From: Raillietiella orientalis
Lineage: Eukaryota
DNA length: 64,000 bases
Assembly: GCA_036172245.1 (NCBI GenBank)
Contig: JAYWIR010000011.1
Location: forward strand, 4,216,001-4,280,000
Direction of reading: 5' to 3'
The translations under genes and the position numbers were made by a program. Shown here piece after piece: positions 37,765-50,429 of the stretch. Below the pieces are notes generated by a model that saw nothing but the letters and a program-made list of their open reading frames with translations, did not search any database and was not told the origin of the DNA. Position 1 is the stretch's first letter. Every line of letters starts with the position of its first letter.

Positions 37765-40700
37765 TCACCGGGTGCTGGAGGACTTCCTCTGCACCCTTTG
37801 CAGGATGCCGGCAAGTTCCTGTTTCGAGGCTCCCAGATGGGGCCATCTTGACGCGGTCCTCATGAAGAGGACAGCAGAATAGATGGCGTCCCTGTCGTCG
37901 TGGCCTCCTCTGGCGTTGCTGCTCCATGCAGCCACGGTTCCGCCCCGTGGACAGCAAAGTGATGCTGGGGATGCGGTTGGCGTGAGGTCGTCACGCAGGA
38001 AGAGAGGGCGCATCAGAATGTCTCTGGGGCTGCCCTCGGGGATCCTCAGTGACGCGGCAAAGCGTTCCCACAGGGGGCGAAGGGCACCGCAATCCACGAG
38101 CAGGTGCGGGAGGGACTCTCTTCCGCTGCACTCGCCGCAGTTCGGGCTCGCATTTCCCTGGGTCCAGTGACTCAGCCGGCAGGCGTTGCACAGAAGACCC
38201 CAACGCAACAGCAGGATACTGGAGTCCTGGGTGGTCACCCCGGAAGTGCGCCCAGAGGAACTGAGATCGCTGCGGAATCTCCCACGCAATCCGCTGGAAG
38301 ACCTCCTGCAGGACTGGACGCAGTGGTCCTGGATAGGCATCACACCTCTTGCCGCAGTACTGTGTGCCCTCAGGGCGAACGGTGCCAACCGGCGAGGTGG
38401 GAGTTGTCGTCCTGGATTGCAGGGATCGAGGGACTCCTCGACGGCTGCTGCAAGTTGAGCGAGTTGGTGGACGATGACGCTCCTCGTTTCCGGGCGAAGG
38501 GGCTCTCCTTCGGTGGAGCGACCTGCCCCTCCCGAAGAACTCGCGGTGCCTCCCCTGCGGGCGGACACCTCCGTGTTCCCTCTATGCTGGACGCGGGATG
38601 CGCTGCTGCTTCCGCACTGGGGGGACTCCTTCGCAGCCAGCTCAGGCACTTGGTTCCCGGGAGAGTTGCCTCCTCTGTGAACTGTTCCAGGCTGACCGTT
38701 GGACCGGGATGCCCTTGAGGACCTCCGGAGGGCAACTCTTCGGACTTGCTGCGACGCTTGCTCTTCACTCCAGGCAGGCCGGAGACGGCGCCGCTGCGAT
38801 CGTAACCGTCGGTTGCATCCGCACCATCGCCACAGCCTGCCATGATGTTGGCGCCTCGTTTGCAGGTCACAAGCACGGCAACCACCTTCACGAGGACAGC
38901 CGCAAGACGTCGCCAGGGAGATCACCACCGTTCAGGGCCGCTTCTAGAAAAGAAGAAACGATCGAAACCAAAGGCCCCTGTTACCACCTTTCCGTCTTTT
39001 ATTGGTTTATTTATTTTCCTCTCCCTCCATTCCCTACTTTTTAAAAGCCGGCTTGCGTGCCGGTGGTCATTCCCAATGAGCTTCTGCTTTTTGGAGGGCT
39101 GGGAGGGGGCATCTCTTGTATTCCGGGAACTCCACCTCCACCAACTCTTTTTTTTTTTCAGTAAATGTCAGGCGTCGGGAGGGCAAGGGGTGAATACCCC
39201 ATTCGCTACCCGCCTTCGTCTACCGCCTCTCTGCGGCGTGGGAAGCCCTGAGGACGTCGTGGATGACCCTCGGCGCAGGGGGTCGACGCTTCCCGACGAC
39301 GAGTTGCGGCTGGGCGCGGCCTTCCGTGGTGTCGACCGCCTCCACCATCCGACCTCTTGTCTCCCGGGCAGCTTCCCGTCTTTCTGCCTCCGTGGGTCCA
39401 TTCCGCGCGCCCCTGCTTTCAGCCGCAGACTCCAACCACGGAGGACCAAGGCCATTCCTGAGGACAGCAGCGCCGGATGGCCCCAGGTAGACGGAAGTTG
39501 TTGCTGGAGTCCTGGAAAGCTCGCGGAGAGTGCCCTTGACATAACCCCATCCCGCATCCCACCGAGATTGGGGGGGGAGGAGTTGCCTCTTTCCCCTTTG
39601 CTTCCGGCTCGGTCCGTGGGAGTGCGAGCCCCGGCTGCGACCCCAGCTCGTCCGGCGCGCTCCTCATCAGGCTGCCGTGAACGAAGGGGGTCCCGCCGCC
39701 AGCGTTGCTCTCTGGAAACTGCGCCGGCCCTTCCGAGTCGCGGTGGCCGCCGGCGATGAGCAGCAGCAGGACCGCAGCGTCCCCAGCAGCGGCCGGAGCG
39801 CCACTGAAGACACTCTGCGGTCCCGGTGCCAACTGCGTTCGCGGAAACGCCACACGGAAGCGTGTTTCTCAGAAAGTTACGTGGGTCCGGGACTCCTCTT
39901 CCAGGAAGCCGGTGGGAGACACCCGCTCGAGGGAGGCTGCCAAACAAGGGATCGAGCTCAAGAAGCGCGCGTACATCCGACTGCTGCCTCCTCCCTCCTT
40001 GGGGAGGGGGGGGAACGAAACCATTCCCGCATCCTCGCATAAGCCTGCGGCTCCGCACCCAGATGTCCAGACCCTCCCCACTTTCGATTTCACTGCTCTC
40101 CTTCCAGTCTTCTTTTTTTCTTTTCGGATTTCCTTCCTTCCGGTCCTCAAGGCGTGGCCTCAAGGTGTGCCGAGGTCCACCTCTTTAGAGGGGAGGCTCA
40201 TCAAGCTCTTCAACACTGTCCACGCCGCCCGAGGGTGCGCATGACCCTAGAGTTAGGGGGTCACCCCGGGAGGAAACCACCCTATGAATCCAGAAAGGGG
40301 CTAACGGGGGAAGGCATCCCTTCCTCTGACTGTTGGGAGGGAACCCCTTCCTTATTCTCTCTGTAGGGATCCCCCAGTTTGTGGGGCCCAACCCTGTTTC
40401 CCCCTCCAGAGGGAACCCGGAAAGCATCCGCTCCGGGAATTTCTTCTCCGGAGGGGAACCAGGAAAGAATCCTCTCCCGTTTTCCTCCTCCTCTGAAGAG
40501 AACTCCGAAGGAGTGCTCCCCGAAGGGAGTAGCGCCCTTGTGACACTCTGGAGAAGGGTCATCGATCCACCAGTTCCATAGTAACGAGACGGACGGATCC
40601 TTCTCCCCAACCGGAAGGATGAACTCCCAAGGGAACGGGCTCCTTTGTTCCTGGAAGGATCCTGGAGGGTTGGAAGTCGACTTCCGACCCCATTCAGCCG

Positions 40701-41300
40701 ACGCGGGGGAGGTCGTCCGGGGGTTTCTGGCATCCATCGGTGCCACCGCACCCGAACAGACCAACCTGCTTCATCCTGCGGGAGGAACTCGAACCCTGCG
40801 ACGCACCCCTCCCCGTTTCTCGGCGCATCGTTCTTTTCCCCCACTTGCGGGATTGGAACCCGCGACGCCGTGCGGAGACCCGAAGTCTCGCGGACTCCAC
40901 TTTCGCGTGTAGACTGACCCGCGCTTTGCTTCCTCCTCGCTCCCCCTCCGGGGACCGAAGAGCAAACGCTCGAGGGAGGCTGCCGCCCCGTCCCTCGAGC
41001 TCTCCAGCAGGGAAATCCGCTCCCACGACGAGGGTTTCACCGCAGCATGTCCGGCGGTGCGTGGCTCCCCAGCACCAGCAGACCCCGCGCGCGCCGACCC
41101 CTCTGGCGCGGAAGAGGCACGGTGAATCCGCCAGCTCGGAGCTCCGCTTATCTGCCTGACTTATTCGGTGACGGCGGCAAGCCGTATCTTCTCTGGGCGA
41201 GACACGCTTTTACCTTAATGCACGTCTGTCGTTACGGAGGAGACGAGGCCGGATCAGCTTTTTCTTCCGCGCCTCCCCCCCCCCTCACAAGATAAACGTC
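37765..41300 (-). mobile_element. Internally deleted L1/Tx1-like element (ORF1 end, APE, C-terminal CCHC finger)
   Basis: Clear zf-RVT WGLLCNACRLSHWTQGNASPNCGECSGRESLPHLLVDCGALRPLWERF (about 38060-38210) and APE-like QSDVRALLE (about 39960-39985). 40160-40900 is homologous to 43460-44400 and 48360-49010. Confidence 0.65.
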
Positions 41301-42879
41301 TCGAGTGAAACCAACCCGCCCGAGTGGGGTGAGGCGGGGAGTGACTCTCTCTCTCTCTCTCGGAAAAAAACGCGGGCAGCCGTCGGTAGACGGGAAGTCA
41401 AAGGATCCCGAAATTCCCTCGGGAGGAGGAGGAGGACCGCGTGCGACGCGCGCCTACGGGAACGTCGTCGTCACCGTCGCTCCCGTGAGGAGGGCGTGCG
41501 CACGAAGATCAACGCGGAAGATCAAGTGCCTCCCTGCAGCCCTTTGATCGCTATTTCTGGAGCGCGATCGGGGGATGCGCGGTTTCACTTCGGAAGGTTT
41601 CGCACGGCAAAATAGAAATGGCGCTTTTCGAACGGATCGAGGAGAGAAGATGGCGCCGGGACAACGCGTGCGTGGGAAGGACACCCACGGAGTGCTGGGG
41701 CGACGGCATTCCCTCTCGACGCTCCTGGATCAGCCTCCCTGTGGCGCACAAGGTTCGGTGATCATCACCGGGCGCCTTTGCTTTCGGGATGCGTAGCTGT
41801 TCTCAGGAAGGACCGCAGCCGGTTACCAAGGGAACGCGGTTCGCTTGCTTGCCGTGCGTGCACGTCACGGATGCGGCCGCCGCCGCCGGAAGCACGGGAA
41901 AGCCCCTCCTCACACACCCGTTGGCTGAGGAGCCTGCACCTACGCCCAGCCGTCGGCAATCAGCCCGTGGGGACGCCAGGGTGGTCGCCGCCGCAACGGA
42001 ACTAAGATGAAATCTCTGCACCAGCAGCCCTCCAGGAGCGGAGCACTGCCAGTCACCTGGCAGTGCGGGTTTTCGGTTTGCAGGCAGCGCTGCTCCCGAG
42101 CGGTTGTTTGCGAAGTCTCCGGAACGTTCGGCAAGGTGCTTCCCCCCCCGGGTCACGCTCGCCGGAAGTCGTGGGCCGCGCGATCCCGGACGGCGCCGGA
42201 AGTCGAGCAATCCGCTGCCGCAACCTTCGGACGGGGATGGCAAAAACACACGAGCGTCGCTGCCGCCCGCAAAAGAAGGACCACCCTCCGTCCGGCCGAA
42301 GCTGACCTTTCGGTGACGTGAAACACAAAGTTACCCAAGCAACGCGGCCAGATTCCCGCGTGCTCCCACATCCGGTGGCGTCACGACAACGTTCCGAACG
42401 AAGGCGCGAATTCCGCGCGCGCGCGCTCACAGGGTTCCCATACCCACAAAATACGTGATGCTCCCAGTAGTTTCTGCTAGCCTTCCCCCCCCCCCCTTTC
42501 TGTCTTTTTTTTTTTCTTTTTTTTTCCACAGACTGCAAAGCAATAAACACGTCCATCTTTAAAACAGTTTACTGTTTATCCATGGCTTATTTATAGCTTG
42601 TGTCCTCTAAGCATGAATTTTCGGATGCAGGGGCGCTCGTAATTTCACCTCTTTTTTTTTTTTTTGCTGCATTTTTCAAGGAATATGTTTCGTGAAACAT
42701 GGAGGGGGAGATTCGGTGAAACATGCATGGCTTCAAAGGATATCTTGTGAAAAAACGTAACGCGCTAAGGCTATCTTTTGGACTCATCCCCATGCGATGC
42801 AATTCTACATCACGCCAGCAGAAAAACATCCCTTAAGACGGAAAAGCTGTCTCGAGGAACGGTGTCTTTCGGACAAGGC

Positions 42880-45800
42880 AGTCAACATTCCGCTCCATGG
42901 ATGCTACTACTTCCCGTGAAGATGGAGGGCAGGATGCAGTTTTGGAAGTTCAGTCGATTGCAATCCAGGTGTTCGATGTGAACCCACGGCATTTTGTGAA
43001 ACCTATTGCATATTTCGAGCCTCCCATAAAGAAGAGGGGCGCGCGTTTCGGGATGATCAAAGTCTCGACGTTCCGATGCAAAGACGCAGGGCTTCCGAGA
43101 ACTTTCATTGGCATCTCTCCTTCCTCCTCCATACGTGCTGATCGATTCCAGTCTTCCGGGCTGAAATCGCTCTGTATGGAAGCAGCGATCCCTGATTCAC
43201 GGTAGGGACACTTTTGTCTGACGACGGTGGGAACACAGGAGCGTCACGCTCGAGCCTGACCGCGCATCTCGTTGTCAGGATGTGATCGCACCGTCGGCTG
43301 CTACCACTTTCGTTGCCCCTCGCGACTTGCCGCGTCTTCGCTTTAAGGGCAAAGTCCGACGATCCTTTCGAATGGCCTCTCCGCCTTCCTTGGGCATGGC
43401 GCGGTGCACCACACTCGCCTCCAAAAACAGCGGCATTCCGCCTTGGCGGCTGCGGTCTGCGCGCGCCAGGCACCGAGCGTCGCGGGTTAGAATCCCACCC
43501 GGTAGAAGGGTCGATGCCGATGAATGGTGGAGGTGGGTCCTGGGTTTCGAGTCCCTCCCTCCCCTACCCCGCAAGATGACGCTGGTTGGCCTATTCGGGC
43601 GAGGCGTCGGCGGAGGAAGCTGGAACCCCCCCTTGACTGGCCGGGGTTGCAAGATGACACTCCGTAGTCTGTTTCGGGACATCAAGGAGCCAATTCCCCA
43701 GAGTGGCACCAGAAAGGAGACAGACGGGAAAACACGAGGACGGCAGGGCAGACTGCTGAGCAGATTTCCGCGATGCCCCCGCCCGGCAGGGTGGCAGCTC
43801 CAGCTTCCCTCAAGGGAACCGCTCCTCGTTTCCTCTTCTGAAGACATCCCTGAAGGGAGCATTGCACTTCTGCAAGACTCTGGAGAGGCAGCCCCCTTGA
43901 GAGGGGCATCAAACCAGCTCCATGGTGTGGCTCTTCTTTCACAACCGGAGGAAGGAAACCCGAAAGGAACCGCAGGCAAGTAGTCGGTTTTTTTCGAGGT
44001 TCTTCCCTCCGGTTGTGAAAGAGGAGCCGTCCATCTCGTTATTTTGGAACTGGTGGATCGAGGACACCTGTCCGTAGTGCAAGAAGGGCTCTGCTCCTTC
44101 CGGGAAGCGTCCCTTCGGGGTCTCTTCAGGTAAGGAGGAGGAAATCAGGAGTGACTCCCTTGCGGGTTCCCCTCCGGAGGAAAAATGAGGAGTAAGCGCC
44201 CTCGGGGGGTTTCTCCGGAGAGAATAAGGAAGAGGTTCCCTCCCAAGCGTGAAAGAAACGGACCCCTTCCTCCGGACCCCTTTCTGGATTCGTAGGGTGG
44301 TCCTCTCCCGAGGTGACTCACAAACTTGAAGGGTCACACGCACCCTCGGGCGGCGTGGAGAGCGTCAAAGAGCTTCTTGATCCTGCCCTAAGGAAGCGAG
44401 AGGTTCTTCATCACTCAGCGGACCAAAAAAATAAAGGAAAGAATTGCCTGTCGGACCCTGTTGCTTATCGAAAGACATCCACTGAAAAAGAACCGAAGGA
44501 GACTGGCATCCCTGGTTTTCCCAAACTGTGGGTACCGACACCCTCGGCGCATCCTCTCCAAAATATTCCCAGAGTGGGAGGCACGACAACTGGTGCAGCA
44601 TTCCACACCATGGTGCACAGCCTGATGCAATTTTTCATGTTCCCGGACACCCTCCGGCAACGCTTGACCAGTTCGTTTTCCTGCACAGAAGGGGCGCCCT
44701 TTCTTTCGACGTCCTGACAAACTGTAAGTCGTCCTTTCTCTTTAGCTGCTGGCTCTTCGTGATGAGCAGCTGACCGTCGTGCGTGATCGAACTTCCTGTC
44801 GGTTCCGCGAACCCATGCCCACCATCGCCCCCCATTGGGAAGAATACCAAGGATACTTCGGAGAGAGCACGAACTCCCCGACGTTCGCACCGCGTTCCTC
44901 CTCGTCCTCGTCTCTGATTCTTGAGACGGGTTCATCCACCAGAGAGTCTGAAACTTTTGGTTGTTGTTCCTACGTCCCCAACAGCTCCCATTCGTTTCTT
45001 TTATTTCTGAAATCGGACGCTTGGCCTCTCCGCAGCTCGATAGGCGATTCTGCAGGCGTCCGATGTGATGACCCCAGGGCTGCAGTGTGGACTTGTGCGC
45101 TCCCGTGGCTTCGATCTCTTCCGAATCTCCCCCAACGTATCGCCTTCTGCTTTCCCACCTCAGGTGCAGCCAGCTGAAACCGCGCTTTGTCACTAGACGG
45201 CGGCGGAAGTGCGTCCAGTGCTATTGGTCCACCATAGGTTGTCCTCTCCTGCGGGGGTTTGCTGGAGGGCGCCCCGGAATTCGTCTTTGGAAGGGATGCC
45301 GTTCTCTCTATTTTTCCATCTTGCAATTCGTGAACGAATAATAGGAACGCTGCAGTCGTGGAGAAAGACAATGGGAGCATCCCGGGCGGCGAACTAACTG
45401 CAACTGAAGTCTGGTAGCTACTCACCGAAATTTTGGTCCTTCGTACGGAAACTGCGTCTTCAGGCAGTAATATTTGCATGCACACGCCTTTGCTCTGCTG
45501 CGCATTTTCTCCTTCCCCTCGCAGTCCACCCCCCTCCTCTTCACTCATTTTTGAACAGCAAGTGTTACAGTGATGGCATTACAATAATGACGCCTGGGAA
45601 AACACTAAGGTCAATTTGACCTTCGGTTCGTCTCCTTGATTAAAGAACACTTGAGATGACTTAAGCGGCGAAGGCAGAACGCCCCCGTTCTCTTTTTCGC
45701 TCGAAAAATCGTTGCCTGTTTGTCGTTTCCACGGCGACGACGAAGGATGGGGGATCTTCGGGGAGCTGTTTTGGCAGCCATGGAACAGAAACCTCTCTGA

Positions 45801-47230
45801 TTCGTGCTGGGATGAATAGAACTCTGAGAAATCGGATCTGTGGAGCCGAGACTTCCCATTCACCTCGTCGGAGACATTCGGTGAAAAATATCTTCCTCAA
45901 CAACCAATCGCCCGAGGGAGACCTCAATTTAGTTATTTAAGGTCGCACACAGCTTACTAAGCGGTGCGTGCCCTGCTCGGAATGGTCACCTGGAACAGAC
46001 GTGAGAGAGCTACTTTGGGGACCAAGGGACCTCCCATTGCATCAGTGGATTTTTTATAACGAAAGACTTGACTGCTGGCAGAGTTCGCAGGACCATTTCC
46101 GATAAAAAAGGTGAACCATCTTAAATGATGGACTTCTTGACACGCGAACTACGTAAATGGCCGTTAGTCACTTCAGTGAGTGGAACTTACCGAGGGCTTT
46201 CCAATGATTTACGTTCTTCCTCTTCCCTCACTCTCTCAAGAAAAGCATCTTGCCAATGGCCAGGCGCCATGCCTCATTCACTAGCGCTGTTTCTCTACCG
46301 AATCTCCATCTCTCTCTCTACAAATTCCCTCTACCCGAGCAACAGAACTCTTCATTCCGTTTGGTAAGAGACCTCTGAGCTTTTCCCGGACTGAGTCTTC
46401 TTCCCTTCAGCCTCGTCGTTACGAATGGCACTCTTCCTTGGACCAAACAGACGGAGGTACTACTTGAAATGAATCTGCTTCTTCATCTTCACGCAGAGGC
46501 CAGCAGCTCAGCTGCAAGAACGTCCTCGTGCTGGAGCAAGCGGCTGTGAAGCAATGCCTCAACCGAATTTTGATGGTCTCACAGGCTGCCGAGCTGCCGC
46601 GGTCACTCCGGGCTGCGTCACGAACTTCTCGTGAGTTTTATTCGACGGAGCGGCTGCAGCAGCTGCCATCGGGTTTCGGCATCATCTTTCAGATGAAGAA
46701 CGGAACGTTCAACGTCAGCAAAGCAAAGGTTCGGCATGGCAACATCTTTTGCACAATTTTCTTTTGATGATGATGAGCTGCTCTCGCTACTCGGCCTCTG
46801 GTATAAAACCCTGTCGAAGGTTCTGGCGGTGGTTTTGCAGGTAGAGGAGGCGCAACCATTCCAGGCACAGCAATTCTGCTACTACCAACAGCCATTCGAA
46901 AGTCTTCTCCACTTGGAAAACATTCGACATCCTCCACTGCATCCTCAGCTTCCCGCACACGGAAAAGTGCGCGTGCAGCCTGAACGACTGACCTGCTGTC
47001 GCTGCACAACGAAAATAAGAAGAATAATGTCGCGTGGTCCAGCTGTCTTATCGCCGGCGAATTCACTCTGGCGGTCCGCGGATCCACTCTACTGGAAACT
47101 TTCCCACTACACCCCCCCAGTTCCAAAATCCAGCGCAACGACGGTGAACTCCCCCTCGAGTCCCCGGAACACTTCCCGTGTTCAAATGGCATTCGAATTT
47201 TCCACTTCCGACAGTTTCCGACAGTGTATT
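42880..47230 (+). mobile_element. Near full-length but decayed L1/Tx1-like element
   Basis: Ordered remnants: ORF1-like segment with knuckle repeats (about 43450-43560), conserved LEGSHAPSGGVESVKEL (about 44325-44375), APE-like QLDRRF / DDPRAAV (about 45030-45090), RT-region LRKWPLVTSVSG (about 46150), zf-like 3' part (about 46950-47100), then an AT-rich tail. Confidence 0.45.
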
Positions 47231-47749
47231 CTAATTTTTGTATATCAAGTGTTCCAAAGACATAATACGTATACACTAATCTCCGACTGAAATTTCAGTA
47301 TTTTCTTCAACTGCATATGAAAATGACTGGTCAATTGGAAGTGGTTGCCTTTCTTGTCTCTGACACTTATATTTGCCCCATTTTCTATAAGACGTTTCAC
47401 TATGTCAAAGCTACGTTTTTATTATGTCAATGCTTCCAACTAAGTTATTTTTGTCACTTTCTGTTTTGCGCGTGGCTCTTTCATCCTGGTCCGCGTCGGA
47501 GACCACAGTCTCCGTGAGTGCAGCCACCAAGCGTCGACCGTGTCCTCAGATCGGAAGTCCTAGGGAATAGCATCCGGGGAATCCGGGAGCCGAGCATCGG
47601 GATCCCGGACCACCTCCTGTCGAAGTGGAGGGTGGGCCCGAGCGATCCCAGGAAGAGCATGGTCCTACATCCGGTCCGAGTGCCTCAAGAGCCGTCGCGC
47701 CCCGGGCGTCTGCATGCCCGAGTGGCACGAGCGCTTCCCCCCCGCACCA

Positions 47750-49600
47750 GTGCATCGTGGAGGCCATCCTGGTCACGACCGGCATCGAGAGCGTGGACGG
47801 CTGGGATGCCCTCAAGCATACAATCCACTTGTTTTCGGACCTCCACGGCGACAGACGACAGGAACCTGAGAGAGGAAGAGAGCAGGAAGATTCACCACCT
47901 CCACTCCTTCCCACTCTGAGTGCTGGGAAGAGGACCAGAAGTGCTTCCTCGACAAGATCATCAAAGGAGACATCGGACGGTTGGTTAAAAGAGGGACCTC
48001 GCAACTGGCGTCTCTATACGTCCTTTACCAGAATAAAGACTGCGAAACCTCGGAGGGATGGATGTCATCCAGCGCCACTACCCCGAGTCGTTCGAATTTT
48101 AAATGCCGGAGGCTAGGAGCGGATTCTCCGCACATTGAAGGATCGCCGGGCCTCACACGAACAGCGACAATTGGAAGACTTCACCGCCGAAGAGGTCAAG
48201 AGACGGCGTTCGGCGAACTGCGCAAGGACGTGGCGGCGGAACCCGACAGCGTGCCCGTCACGAACTCCAAGGGCACCTGCCCGCCCTCCTACGTGCCTAC
48301 CCAGCAGCAGTTGAGGGTGGTCTGCGTCGGAGGCCACGTGGTCACGGTCTCTGCCCGGCACCAAACATCGCGGGTTCGAATGCTCCGAAATGGATCGACG
48401 CCGAGAGATGGGGGTGCGTCGTGGGTTCGAGTTCCATCCGCGAGATGACGCTGGTTGGCCTCCATTCATTCGTGTGCGGCGCCGGTAGCGTTTAAAACCG
48501 GATGCCCTCCATGAGGACCGGAACAATGCGGAGTCTGCCTGCGGGTCCTTCCAGAGATGAAGGAGTGGGGAGTTCCCCCTCCGGTTGTGCAAAGGAAAGC
48601 GGACTCCCCAGTGTGGGGGACCCCTCCGCGTCGTTCGGACGGAGTAGGTGTGCCGCCACTTGTACAAAAAGTGCAGGGAAGCGCTCTGCTCCTTTCGAGG
48701 AGCCGCCCTTCAGAGAGAAATCGGGAAGCGTCCCTTCGGAGCTCTCTTCAAAGGAGTAAACAGGAGAGGTTCTTTTCCCGGGCAGGTCCCTCCGGAGAAG
48801 AAATTCCAGGAGTGGATGCTTTCCGGGAGGTCCCTCCGGAGAGAATAAAGGATGAGATTCCCTTCGGGGATCCCTCGCCAGGCGTGAGAGGAACTCACTC
48901 CCTCTTACGGAGCCCTTCCTGGATTCATGAGGCGTCCCCCTCCCGGAGCACCCCCTACCTTGAAGCATCACACGCACCCTCTGGTGGCGTGGAACAGTGG
49001 CAAAGAGCTGCGTGAGACGCCGCCAGGAGCGCGACGGTTCTTGAGGCACTCGGACAGGAAGTAGGACCGGATTGCATCCCTGAGGTAGCGTTAATCGGGA
49101 CGCTCCATGTCCCCGAACCACGTGCTGGGCTGATACATCATGCTGGAGTCGGATGTCTGGAGATTTTCGACATCCTTATCTTCCTGCCCATCTTGAACCC
49201 GGTCCTCTGGGTGATGACCAGCTCGAGCACGTTGGCCACCTCTTCCTCGTGGAGGTCGCTCACGAGCAGCATCTTCCTCTGGTTGGAGAGCCGAACATTC
49301 TATCTTGATGGGGTCCAGGATCTCCTCGGGGCAGTCGATGTACAGCTTCACCTTCGCCCGGACACAGCAGATGACGTAGGGGTACTCAGTGACGGCCACG
49401 TTGGTGCCGCCCATCTTGTTGCCGTCCTCAGGAAGCGCATTGCGAAGCAGTGGCGTTCCTTGTCGCGGCGTCCTCCTTCTGTTGGTGGCTCTAGTCCGCC
49501 ACAATCCCTCATAAGCAGGAAAGAGCTGTTTGGGATGCTGGAGAAGGGGCTTCGCGCTCGAAGGAGCGCTTCATCCCCTCCTGAAGATTCTCCGTCTGTG
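47750..49600 (+). mobile_element. Decayed L1/Tx1-like ORF1 plus APE start
   Basis: ORF1-like FGELRK...CPPSYVP..LRVVCVGGHVVTV, knuckle GTKHRGFECS (H-x4-C) then RRGFEF, LEASHAPSGGVE, then an APE start ALIGTLHV...FDILIFL (about 49088-49185). Confidence 0.55.
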
Positions 49601-50400
49601 CACGACGGACCGTAACGTAACGCAACCCCAGGGGACGGAAGGCAACACAGTGTAAGAGTAAGTGAGAGGACTTTCGTTCCCTGCACTTGTAACAGATCGG
49701 ATACACAGACTCCCGGTTCCAGAGAGACTAGTGGGCGTTCAGCAGTATACCCCCTTGAAACAGCAGAAGTGCCGACAGTTTCCAATTCAGGGAAAGATTG
49801 TTCTTCAGCCCTCTGAGCCACTCGTGGTCTTGTAAAATCCACAGCGGCTCACCCCATCGCAATAGTCCCTTCTGTAGGTCCACTGTGGTCGCAACGTCTG
49901 TAAGCTGCCCCGCTGCCGTTCCAACCACCACTTCCCACGTCTTCTGCCTAATTTCGCAACTGAACTCCCATTTGACCAGCTGGTTACTGCACAGTTGATC
50001 CCTGAGGGAACGCAGTGCTGCGGCTAGGGAGGTTTTTCGCTCTCACGCACACGTGGTAGACTGCATGACGATGCCTTGCAGAGAGCGGTTGTAGTAGAAG
50101 CAGAGCAGCAGTCGCTGCCCCATCTCCAGGATCGTTTCGTTGTGCTTGGCCCATGTGTGAATGGTTTCTGCAGCTTCCGGTACGCGTGCGTTTCCCGTAC
50201 TCTTCAACTACTTTCTGCGCACGTGCCGGGGCAGCGCGCTAACCAACATTTCTTCCAGAGGACCAAAGGTGTACACTGTGGCGGTGCGCGACGGCACACG
50301 GCTGGCCGCAAGCCTGGGCCGCTTGCCCTTCAGCACCTTCCACGATTTGTTGTTGACTCCGTACGGGGGGACTCCGGCTCGCCTGAAATATAATGCCCAA
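49600..50400 (-). mobile_element. L1/Tx1-like ORF2 3' end with CCHC finger
   Basis: LLFQGGILLNAH*SLWNRESVYPICYKCRERKSSHLLLHCVAFRPL aligns by eye with the finger at 38060-38210. Confidence 0.65.
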
Positions 50401-50429
50401 GCGCGCCGGCCGTGTCGGCGTCCGCCGAC

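Noticed and set aside
48365..48440. Tandem B-box-like GGGTTCGA motifs suggesting a tRNA-derived SINE (also 43480-43560 and 40780-40870)
   Set aside because: Better explained as the codons for RGFE in repeated ORF1 zinc-knuckle remnants; there is no cloverleaf.
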